Source: an uncultured Bacilli bacterium
Lineage (GTDB): Bacteria > Bacillota_I > Bacilli_A > RF39 > UBA660
DNA length: 64,000 bases
Assembly (NCBI GenBank): GCA_947589735.1
Contig: CANQCR010000001.1
Location: 95,809 to 159,808, forward strand
Direction: 5' to 3'
This document shows positions 1-8,716 of this stretch, piece by piece. Numbering within the stretch: position 1 is the first letter of the stretch; each line of letters starts with the position of its first letter. The position numbers were made by a program, and so were the translations under genes. The notes beneath the pieces were generated by a model. It saw nothing but the letters and a program-made list of their open reading frames with translations. It did no database searches and had not been told where the DNA came from.

Positions 1-888
1 GATAAGAGATTGGGGATGTTCAATACGGACACCCATCGCAAAAGGTTTAGCTTCCATATGAAGATAATTATATAACATTTTAATTGTATCTCTAGCACTA
101 TGACCTAAAGCTAAAACTAAAATATCTGTAGCCATCCATTCGTTATGATTTACTTCTATCTCCTTTATTTTACCATCAATTACTTTAATATCGGTAAGAC
201 AAGTATTATATCTTATCTCACCACCATTTTTAATAATCTCTTCCCTCATACCTTTTACAATTTCACATAGCTTATCCGTTCCAATATGAGGTTTATTTTG
301 ATAGGCAATTTTAGCGTCAGCGCCATATTTAATAAAGGTATCAAAAATGAGATTACGTCTAAAATGACTATCTTTAATTCTAGAAAGAAGTTTACCATCA
401 GAAAATGTTCCGGCTCCCCCTTCACCAAATTGAACATTAGATTCGGTATTTAATGTGCCGTTATTCCAGAAGTTAGTAACATCGATAAGGCGTTCTTCAA
501 CTTTCTTACCGCGTTCGATAACGAGTGGGTTGTAACCATATTTTGAAAGAAGATAAGCACAAAATAATCCCGCCGGGCCCATTCCGACAATAACCGGATG
601 GTGGGTTAAAGTTTTCTTACCCACGACACTAAATACATATTCTTCTTTAGGCGCTAAAAGAACACTCGCACCTTTACTTCTTTTAAGTATTTCTTTTTCA
701 TTAAGAGCTTCAACATCAACGGTATAGACATAAACTAGTTTAGGTTTATGTCTAGCATCTAAAGATTCGTTTTTTATTTCATATCTTATAATATCTGCTT
801 CTTTAATTTTAAGTAGCTGAACTAGATGCTTTTTAATAGAACGAGTACCTTCTTCATAAGGTATTTTAATATCTTTTACTCTAATCAT
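1..888 (-). CDS. FAD-dependent oxidoreductase (COG2509-like), 3' end truncated by the window edge
   Basis: Not in the ORF track because it runs off the edge. Manual translation from ATG 888 gives MIRVKDIKIP...VIVGMGPAGLFCAY (GxGxxG), ERGKKV, NVQFGEGGAGTFSDGKL and PHIGTDKL. Overlaps the stop of the upstream gene. Confidence 0.85.
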   Translation of the reverse strand, partial: MIRVKDIKIPYEEGTRSIKKHLVQLLKIKEADIIRYEIKNESLDARHKPKLVYVYTVDVEALNEKEILKRSKGASVLLAPKEEYVFSVVGKKTLTHHPVIVGMGPAGLFCAYLLSKYGYNPLVIERGKKVEERLIDVTNFWNNGTLNTESNVQFGEGGAGTFSDGKLLSRIKDSHFRRNLIFDTFIKYGADAKIAYQNKPHIGTDKLCEIVKGMREEIIKNGGEIRYNTCLTDIKVIDGKIKEIEVNHNEWMATDILVLALGHSARDTIKMLYNYLHMEAKPFAMGVRIEHPQSLI

Positions 889-2092
889 GATATCCTCTTA
901 TACTTTTAGCAGCTAAGATAGCGCTAAGCCATACGAAGCCTAAATTATAGCCACCACACACGCCATCAACATCTAACATTTCACCGATTATATACAAGTC
1001 TTTTTGCTTTAAAGATTCCATTGTTAAAATGTTGATTTCATCTAAACTAACCCCACCGGAGCATACCTGAGCCGTATTAAAATCAGCATAGCCGGTAATT
1101 GGAACTTCAAAGCTTGTTAAATCATCGATGAGACTGTTTTTCTTTGAAGGCGTTAAAGTTGCATAAAAGCTATCATAACTAATCTTATTCTTCTTTAATA
1201 TGATATTACTAAGTTTATAATTGATTAGACTATCAAAGAAAGAAGAAATATTAAGATATGGTAGTTTATCACTTCTTTCATCAAGATAAGTTTTAGCGTC
1301 ATCGATAAAAGGTAGAAAATTAAGAATAACTTTAACATCTTTTTTATTAGTTAACTCTCTAATAGCTACACTACTTAAATTAAAAATAGGAATACCACTA
1401 ATGCCATTATCCGTAAGTTGTACTTCGCCACTTTCTTCTTGAAGTAAATTGTTACCGACATATAAGCTTGCTTTAGCATCAAGACGCACACCAGCCCAAT
1501 CTCTTAAATAAGGTAAGTTTGTAAAAAGAGGTGTCAAAGCTGGTAAAGGATTAATAAGGTGATGAAAAGGCTTAACTAAATTATAGCCATCACCATTAGA
1601 TCCTGTTTTAGGATAAGCTTTAGAACCGGTAGCAATAACAACCTTATCGGCTTCATACACGCCATCAGAGGTTTCTACATAAAACTTATCTTCATAGCGA
1701 ATATTTAAAACGGCAACGTCAGTTTTGATAACAACGCCACATGATATAGCTGCATTTAATAACGATTCTAAAACACTGACGGCTTGATTTGATCTAGGGT
1801 AATAATAACCCTTTTGAATTTTAGGGACAAGACCGATATCATCTAGAAAAGTTAAAACTTCTGCTTTATTTTTTTCTGTAATTATATCACCTAATAATTC
1901 TTTCTTTTTCGCGTGATAATAATTTACATCAAAATCTTCATTGAAGTAGTTGCACCTGCCATTACCGGTTAATAATAATTTTTTCCCGCAACGTGCATTT
2001 TTTTCTAAAATAGTAACTTCATTAGTATTATCTTTAGCTTTTATAGCGCAAGCAAGACCACTAGCTCCCCCACCAATAATAATTATTTTCAT
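881..2092 (-). CDS. HI0933/BaiN-family flavoprotein (NAD(P)/FAD-dependent oxidoreductase)
   Basis: IIIGGGASG, GKKLLLTGNGRCN, ATGSKAYPKTGSNGDGY, GEMLDVDGVCGGYNL. Start moved to ATG 2092, behind an AGGAGG RBS. Confidence 0.9.
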   Translation of the reverse strand: MKIIIIGGGASGLACAIKAKDNTNEVTILEKNARCGKKLLLTGNGRCNYFNEDFDVNYYHAKKKELLGDIITEKNKAEVLTFLDDIGLVPKIQKGYYYPRSNQAVSVLESLLNAAISCGVVIKTDVAVLNIRYEDKFYVETSDGVYEADKVVIATGSKAYPKTGSNGDGYNLVKPFHHLINPLPALTPLFTNLPYLRDWAGVRLDAKASLYVGNNLLQEESGEVQLTDNGISGIPIFNLSSVAIRELTNKKDVKVILNFLPFIDDAKTYLDERSDKLPYLNISSFFDSLINYKLSNIILKKNKISYDSFYATLTPSKKNSLIDDLTSFEVPITGYADFNTAQVCSGGVSLDEINILTMESLKQKDLYIIGEMLDVDGVCGGYNLGFVWLSAILAAKSIRGYHD

Positions 2093-2105
2093 TTTATCCT
2101 CCTTT

Positions 2106-4103
2106 TTATTCATAAATATATTGTTTTGAAGTATCATCATAATTATGTAGATATTCATTATCATAATTATAATCATTATACTCTTCATCTTCCATTTGAT
2201 AAAACCTCGTATGAACTAAGACAATCGGTAATGATAACTTTTTAGCCATCATTAAATCAAATGGGGTAATAACATCATAACAATATAGACACGATGGCTC
2301 TAAAAATGGATATCTCTTATAGACCGCGGAATCAAAGATACTATCACTTACTTCTTGATATAAAATCTCATTATATCTTCTTGTATGTTCGATTAGGTAT
2401 GCGGCCAAATAGATATCATTTATTTTATAAGTACCCGTACTATGATTAGAATATATTGAATAAGAATCAGCGTGATAAATATGAGCAATTCTCTTAGGAT
2501 CAAGATAATTGAATCCATAAGCGACATATTTTCTAACGGGACGAATGGTTGTTAATTTTTTACTGCTCACTAAAGATAGTGAATGTCCCGGTGGGATATG
2601 AGCGTCTATCGCATCATTAAAAAAGCGATGTGATTGGTTAAAAGGATGAAGGGCATCCTCGTCCCCTCTTTCTTCCCGCGTGACATGAACATAAAGATAG
2701 AACTCTTCACCTTTAAGATCGTAAATAGGGACATCTCCTTCAATGCGGGGTGTTAATAAATCTAGTCTTAACGTTTTTTGATTCATATCTTGATAAGCTA
2801 ATTCTTTAGCCATCTGATAATCATCATAAAAGTTTAAAACTAAATCTGGCGCTAATGCAAGAGAATGATAGAAGTTAACTTGGTCTTCTTTTTTCATATG
2901 CGGTAGATTGATAATATGATAATAAATCTCTAAACGTTTTTTAAAAGAGGTTAAGTCTTCTTTAGAAAGTGGAATAGCATCAAAAGAATAGGCATCATAA
3001 AACTGCATCATCATTTTTAAATTAGCTAAAAAATTATAAGGAATATCTTTAAAATAACGATCAATTAAAATAGGGCCAAGTATTTGCGCTAAAGAGACCT
3101 CACTAAAAGAAGATAATTCTAATGCATCAACACAAGTATCATCATACCTATCTCTTTTTTGTTCTAACTTTTCTGGATTAAAAGTTGGGGGTATTTCTTT
3201 TAAAGCATCTTTTACCTTTAAAAGTTCATCATACGTGTCATATCCGTTATCACTTAAATATACTAAAGCATTATATCTATGTGTTAAATTAATATATGAT
3301 GATTGCTCATAAGGAGATGTTAACACCCGCTCTAACACCATCCGGTATTTATTAATATCAGGAATTGTACTAATCTTTTCAATAAATAAAGAGTTAAAAG
3401 ATAAACTATCAGGAATAATTACAGAACTATCTATTAATCTTAAAATATCATCTAAAGGTAAATTAGCAAAATAACTTGTAAAAGGCTCTTTCCTAATTAA
3501 AAAGGAAATGGCCGTATTGGATAAATAATCAAAAATGTTAAGGTCTTGAGTTAGCCTGTAAAATTCATATATACCAATATTTTTAATTACTTCTATTTGA
3601 GCTTGCTCACCTAAATATTTAATTTTAATTATCTCTTTAGGAGATGATGATGAAATATAATCAAACAAGTTTTTTGCCCAAGTAAAAGACATATCATCAA
3701 TAAGACCATTTACATCATCTAAATGGTTAACAATATAAGGTAAATAGGATGTATCTTTTAAAGATATGCTTAAAAAATCATTATGACTTAATAAAATACT
3801 TGTTAAAATAACCCGGCGATACGGATGTTTATCGATACATTCTAAAAAAGATGCATTGAAAAAAAGAGCAATATCTTCTACCATCATATTATCTAGTAAC
3901 AAGCTTAATAAAGATGATGGATTATAAAGAGCAACTTTCAAATTTAAAGCCTCTTCTTTAACACTTAAACTTGTAAAAAAGCGCTGACGCTCGGCTGGCG
4001 CTAAAGAGGATAAAAAAGCTTTAGGATCTTTTTTAAAAGTTTCTAAAGAAGATATATTTATATCCTGTTTTGGTTTTGTTTCTAAAGTTGTATTCGTTTT
4101 CAT
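2106..4103 (-). CDS. Hypothetical 665-aa protein; helical N-terminal region, C-terminal candidate ADP-ribosyltransferase-like domain
   Basis: Long ORF with AGGAG RBS before ATG 4103. C-terminal LYVH...SLS...YGF...YNEI motif order. The function is speculative. Confidence 0.6.
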   Translation of the reverse strand: MKTNTTLETKPKQDINISSLETFKKDPKAFLSSLAPAERQRFFTSLSVKEEALNLKVALYNPSSLLSLLLDNMMVEDIALFFNASFLECIDKHPYRRVILTSILLSHNDFLSISLKDTSYLPYIVNHLDDVNGLIDDMSFTWAKNLFDYISSSSPKEIIKIKYLGEQAQIEVIKNIGIYEFYRLTQDLNIFDYLSNTAISFLIRKEPFTSYFANLPLDDILRLIDSSVIIPDSLSFNSLFIEKISTIPDINKYRMVLERVLTSPYEQSSYINLTHRYNALVYLSDNGYDTYDELLKVKDALKEIPPTFNPEKLEQKRDRYDDTCVDALELSSFSEVSLAQILGPILIDRYFKDIPYNFLANLKMMMQFYDAYSFDAIPLSKEDLTSFKKRLEIYYHIINLPHMKKEDQVNFYHSLALAPDLVLNFYDDYQMAKELAYQDMNQKTLRLDLLTPRIEGDVPIYDLKGEEFYLYVHVTREERGDEDALHPFNQSHRFFNDAIDAHIPPGHSLSLVSSKKLTTIRPVRKYVAYGFNYLDPKRIAHIYHADSYSIYSNHSTGTYKINDIYLAAYLIEHTRRYNEILYQEVSDSIFDSAVYKRYPFLEPSCLYCYDVITPFDLMMAKKLSLPIVLVHTRFYQMEDEEYNDYNYDNEYLHNYDDTSKQYIYE

Positions 4104-4159
4104 AGTTTCTCCTTTTTGTAGTATAACACAAAAAGAAAAAAAGTGATATAAAATCACTT

Positions 4160-6715
4160 TTAGATGTTGAAATTATCAAGGAAATCATCAATCGTCATAA
4201 TTCTTTCATCAACACTTTTTAAAGATACTTCTTTAGGTGCCTCTTCTTTCACTTCTTCTAGAGGTTCTTTAGCCTTTTCTTTTTTGATATTAGGATTTTC
4301 TAATTCCCGACCTATAAAGACATCTAATAAAGCCTGTTTTGTAAATTGTGTTCCGGTACTATAACGATCAGCAATTGGTAATTCCGTTATCTTTAATTCT
4401 TTAAAGTCATCTTTCGTCTTATAAACTAACAGTTGATGATGATTAATAATAAAGGCTTTAAAAATATAATATGGATTAGTCTTAACATCCCGAACGACTA
4501 ATACACCTTTACGACCTCTACTCGTTTGTTCAAACTCACTTAGTTTAACTCTTTTACCTGTTCCTTTAGAAGTTATAATGGTAAGCATATCTTCATCAGT
4601 ATACGTACTAGCACTAACGACAGCATCATTTTTTAAACCGATAGCTTTAACGCCCGCACTTCTTAAACCGGTTATAGGTACTTCACTTAATTTATATTTC
4701 AAGCCATAACCATTATGGGTTGTAATAAAGACGTCATCACCATCATTAGGATCAACACTAATAACATAATCACCATCTTTTAATTTCATACACGTAATTG
4801 GTTTTGTATAGCGTTGAACTTTAAACTCAGCTAATGATGTTCTTTTAACCATACCATTAGCGGTAAAGATTGTAATCGTCTTCTTTTCATCAAACTTAAC
4901 AACGGGATAAGCAAAGATAATTTCTTCATCCGCGCTTAGTTTAATAATATTACTGATATGTTTACCTAAATCTTTCCATTTTAAATCAGGAATCTCATAG
5001 ACAGGGACATACAAATAATTACCTAAATTAGTAAATAGTAAGATTGTATCCATTGTATTTAATTGATATAACCCTAGTAAATAATCGCCTTCTTTTAGCG
5101 TTGTTCTTTCATCAGAAGCCGAATAACTTCTTAAAGAAACTCTTTTAACATAGCCTTCCCTACTAACAGCAACAACACAATCTTCTTTTGGAATCATTTG
5201 GGTAGCATCAATTTTAATCTCGGTTATTTCATCTTTTATTTCTGTTATACGTGGTGTGGCATACTCTTGTTTAATCTTTCTTAATTCTTCTTTCATAACA
5301 CTCTTTAAGCGTTCTTCATTAGATAAGATTTCTTCTAAACCTTTGATAATTAATTGAAGATTTTTATATTCTTCTTCTGAGACGGTAACATCCGTATTGG
5401 TCAGGCGATATAATTGTAAGTTAACAATAGCTTCAGCTTGCTCTTTAGTAAAAGCATATTCTTTAACTAAATTATCAACAGCGTCACCTTTGTTTTTACT
5501 TTTACGAATCGTTTTAATAACTTCATCTAATATATCTAAAGCTTTAATCAAACCTTCAACGATATGCATTCTAGCTTTAGCATGTTCTAAATCAAAGCGT
5601 GTTCTTCTCGTGATAACCTCTTTTTGATGCCGAATATAAGCATCTAAAATATCCAAGACTCCGACAACCATCGGACGACGATTAACAATTGCAATCGCGT
5701 TATAAGAATAATTAATTTGTAATTCCGTATTCTTAAAAAGATAATTTAAGATGGTATCAACTTTCGCATCTTTTTTAAGATCTAAGACGATTCTAACTGC
5801 TTCCTCACGGTCAGACTCATCACGGACTTCAATTAAACCATCGATTTTTTTATCATAGATAAAATCAGCTATCTTTTTAACTAAATCTCTTTTATTTACT
5901 TCAAAAGGAATATTGTGGATAATAACTTGTTTTTTACCCTTATCTTCAACCACTTCATATTTAGAACGAACGACAATTCGTCCCCGACCAGAAGATAAGG
6001 CCTCTCTTATTTCTTTTACCCCTTCAACAATGCCACCAGTTGGAAAATCAGGCCCCTTGATGATATCTAAAATTGTTTCAAGGTGACAATTTGGTGAATC
6101 AATCCGTTTAATGGTCGCATCGATTACTTCCCCTAAATTATGGGGAGGAATCTCCGTTGCATATCCAGCACTGATGCCTTTAGCGCCATTAACTAATAGA
6201 TTAGGATATTTGGCTGGTAAGACCGTTGGTTCATACAAAGTATCATCGAAGTTAGGGGCCCACTCAATCGTATCTTTATCGATATCTTTTAATAGCTCAC
6301 CACTAATTTTTGATAACCGAGCTTCCGTATAACGATAAGCAGCCGGACCATCACCATCCATGGAACCATTATTACCATGCATATCGATGTAGCAAACATT
6401 TTGCTTCCACCACTGACTCATATGAACTAAGGCTTCATAAATACTAGAATCACCATGAGGATGATAATGCCCCATAACATTACCAACAGCGGTTGCTGAC
6501 TTTTTATGAGGACGATCATAAGTGTTATGATCTCTAAACATCGCATATAAAATACGACGTTGAACGGGTTTTAAACCATCACGAACATCAGGGATAGCGC
6601 GGTTTTGAATAATGTCTTTAGCGTATTGACCAAAGCGTTCACCCATAATCTCTTCTAAAGTATAATCATAAATTTTGCCTAGTACTACTTCGGTTTCATC
6701 TTGTTTCTTCTTCAT
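4160..6715 (-). CDS. parC: DNA topoisomerase IV subunit A
   Basis: RAIPDVRDGLKPVQRRILY, YHPHGDSSIY, AAYRYTEARL, C-terminal pinwheel repeats; directly follows parE. Confidence 0.92.
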   Translation of the reverse strand: MKKKQDETEVVLGKIYDYTLEEIMGERFGQYAKDIIQNRAIPDVRDGLKPVQRRILYAMFRDHNTYDRPHKKSATAVGNVMGHYHPHGDSSIYEALVHMSQWWKQNVCYIDMHGNNGSMDGDGPAAYRYTEARLSKISGELLKDIDKDTIEWAPNFDDTLYEPTVLPAKYPNLLVNGAKGISAGYATEIPPHNLGEVIDATIKRIDSPNCHLETILDIIKGPDFPTGGIVEGVKEIREALSSGRGRIVVRSKYEVVEDKGKKQVIIHNIPFEVNKRDLVKKIADFIYDKKIDGLIEVRDESDREEAVRIVLDLKKDAKVDTILNYLFKNTELQINYSYNAIAIVNRRPMVVGVLDILDAYIRHQKEVITRRTRFDLEHAKARMHIVEGLIKALDILDEVIKTIRKSKNKGDAVDNLVKEYAFTKEQAEAIVNLQLYRLTNTDVTVSEEEYKNLQLIIKGLEEILSNEERLKSVMKEELRKIKQEYATPRITEIKDEITEIKIDATQMIPKEDCVVAVSREGYVKRVSLRSYSASDERTTLKEGDYLLGLYQLNTMDTILLFTNLGNYLYVPVYEIPDLKWKDLGKHISNIIKLSADEEIIFAYPVVKFDEKKTITIFTANGMVKRTSLAEFKVQRYTKPITCMKLKDGDYVISVDPNDGDDVFITTHNGYGLKYKLSEVPITGLRSAGVKAIGLKNDAVVSASTYTDEDMLTIITSKGTGKRVKLSEFEQTSRGRKGVLVVRDVKTNPYYIFKAFIINHHQLLVYKTKDDFKELKITELPIADRYSTGTQFTKQALLDVFIGRELENPNIKKEKAKEPLEEVKEEAPKEVSLKSVDERIMTIDDFLDNFNI

Positions 6716-6723
6716 AGTTCCTC

Positions 6724-8634
6724 CTAATCAATTTTATAATTATCCTCTAAAGAGAACTCGACATTCTCTTCAATCCAAGCCTTTCTTGGGTCAACTTTAT
6801 CACCCATTAAAACGGACACTCTTTTCTCAGCTAAAGCAGCATCATTGATACTTACTTTAATTAGGCTACGGGTTTTAGGATCCATTGTTGTCTCCCATAG
6901 TTGCACGGCATCCATCTCACCTAAACCTTTATAACGCTGTGTTTTTGTAGGCTTTCCTTTATATTTTTCTAATAATAGGCGTCTATCTTCTTCCGTCCAA
7001 GCATACTCGCCTTCTTTGCCGCATTCAATCTTGTATAATGGTGGCATCGCTATATAAAGATGTCCGGTTTCAATAAGCGGTTTCATATAACGATAAAAGA
7101 AAGTAAGCAATAAGATTTGAATATGTGAGCCATCGACATCGGCATCAGTCATAATAATGATTTTATCATAATTGCTATCTTTAATATCAAAATCGCTTCC
7201 GGCGCCAGCCCCAATCGCATGAATCATCGTATTGATTTCTTCATTTTTATAAGCTTCTTCTAAACTAGCTTTTTCTGTATTTAAAACTTTACCACGTAAA
7301 GGTAAAATAGCTTGATATTTACGGTCCCGTCCTGTTTTCGCACTACCGCCAGCGGAATCTCCCTCAACTAAGAATAATTCGTTAATAGCGGGATTCTTTG
7401 ATTGAGCCGGGGTTAATTTACCACTAATAAGACGTTCTTTTTTACCCTTATCTTTACCATTACGAGCTTCATCACGAGCTTTCCTTGCAGCCTCCCTAAC
7501 ATTTTTGCTTTTAACAATTTTCTCCAAAATCTTTGTTGCAACTTCTTTATTCTCCTCAAGGAAAAATTGCAATTTCTCAGTCACAATACTTTCAACGACG
7601 GTTCTTGCACTTGGAGTACCTAACTTTGATTTTGTTTGGCCTTCAAATTGTAAAAGATTTTCGGGTATTTTTAAACTGATAACAGCTGTTAAACCCTCTC
7701 TTGTATCCGGTCCTTCTAAGTTTTTATCCTTGGCCTTTAAAAAGCCATTACTTCTAGCATAGTCATTAAAAACTTTCGTAAGAGCCGTTTTAAAACCAAC
7801 TTCATGGGAACCACCATCAATCGTTTTAACATTGTTAACAAAAGAGACAATATTCTCATTATAAGTTTGCGTATATTGAAAAGCAATAGCTACTTCAATC
7901 TTATCTTTAAGGCCATTAAAGGTTACAACTTTATGAAGACAATCACGATCATCATTAATATATTCAACAAAAGATTGTAAGCCATTATCATAGTGAAAGG
8001 TCTCACTCTTCTTATCTTCTTCATCAATAATTTCAACCGTTAATCCCTTAAGCAAAAAGGCACTTTCTTGCATTCTTTCACAAATGGTTGTAAAAGAAAA
8101 ATTCGTTGTTGAAAAGATTTCATCATCAGGCATAAAACGGACTTTCGTTCCTGTTTTACTCGTTTTATCACCACGGGTTAATTTCTTATCAACCTTGCCA
8201 CCATCTTTAAAAGAGATAAACCATTCATAACCATCTCTTTTAATGGTAACTTCCATCCATTTAGATAAAGCATTAACAACCGATGCACCAACACCGTGCA
8301 AACCACCAGAAACGGAATAACCGCTACTTTCAAATTTACCACCAGCATGAAGCATCGTATAGATTACCTCTGGCGTGTCTTTTCCCGTCGCATGTTTACC
8401 AACTGGCACACCACGACCTTCATCTTCAACACTGACACTATGATCAGCATGTAAGATTATTCTAATTCTATTACCATAACCATTAATAACTTCATCAATA
8501 GAGTTATCAACAATCTCCCAAACTAAATGGTGTAAACCCTTCTTATCGGTCGAACCGATATACATACCAGGCCTTTTTCTTACGGCTTCTAAGCCCTCTA
8601 ATACTTTAATTGATGATTCATCATATTTTGCCAT
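6724..8634 (-). CDS. parE: DNA topoisomerase IV subunit B
   Basis: GLEAVRKRPGMYIG, EIVDNSIDE, VEGDSAGGSAK, MTDADVDG; C-terminal LMGDKVDPRKAWIEENVEF is ParE-type. Confidence 0.92.
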   Translation of the reverse strand: MAKYDESSIKVLEGLEAVRKRPGMYIGSTDKKGLHHLVWEIVDNSIDEVINGYGNRIRIILHADHSVSVEDEGRGVPVGKHATGKDTPEVIYTMLHAGGKFESSGYSVSGGLHGVGASVVNALSKWMEVTIKRDGYEWFISFKDGGKVDKKLTRGDKTSKTGTKVRFMPDDEIFSTTNFSFTTICERMQESAFLLKGLTVEIIDEEDKKSETFHYDNGLQSFVEYINDDRDCLHKVVTFNGLKDKIEVAIAFQYTQTYNENIVSFVNNVKTIDGGSHEVGFKTALTKVFNDYARSNGFLKAKDKNLEGPDTREGLTAVISLKIPENLLQFEGQTKSKLGTPSARTVVESIVTEKLQFFLEENKEVATKILEKIVKSKNVREAARKARDEARNGKDKGKKERLISGKLTPAQSKNPAINELFLVEGDSAGGSAKTGRDRKYQAILPLRGKVLNTEKASLEEAYKNEEINTMIHAIGAGAGSDFDIKDSNYDKIIIMTDADVDGSHIQILLLTFFYRYMKPLIETGHLYIAMPPLYKIECGKEGEYAWTEEDRRLLLEKYKGKPTKTQRYKGLGEMDAVQLWETTMDPKTRSLIKVSINDAALAEKRVSVLMGDKVDPRKAWIEENVEFSLEDNYKID

Positions 8635-8716
8635 ATTACCACCTTAAACATTATATCAAAAAAAAGACTTCTTGACAAACAATTAGCCTTTTTTCCTTAT
8701 TTTTCCTTACCAAAAA

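Noticed and set aside
4160-8634. gyrB/gyrA assignment
   Set aside because: The C-terminus of the B subunit is ParE-like, no GyrA box is evident, and there is no dnaA/recF context.
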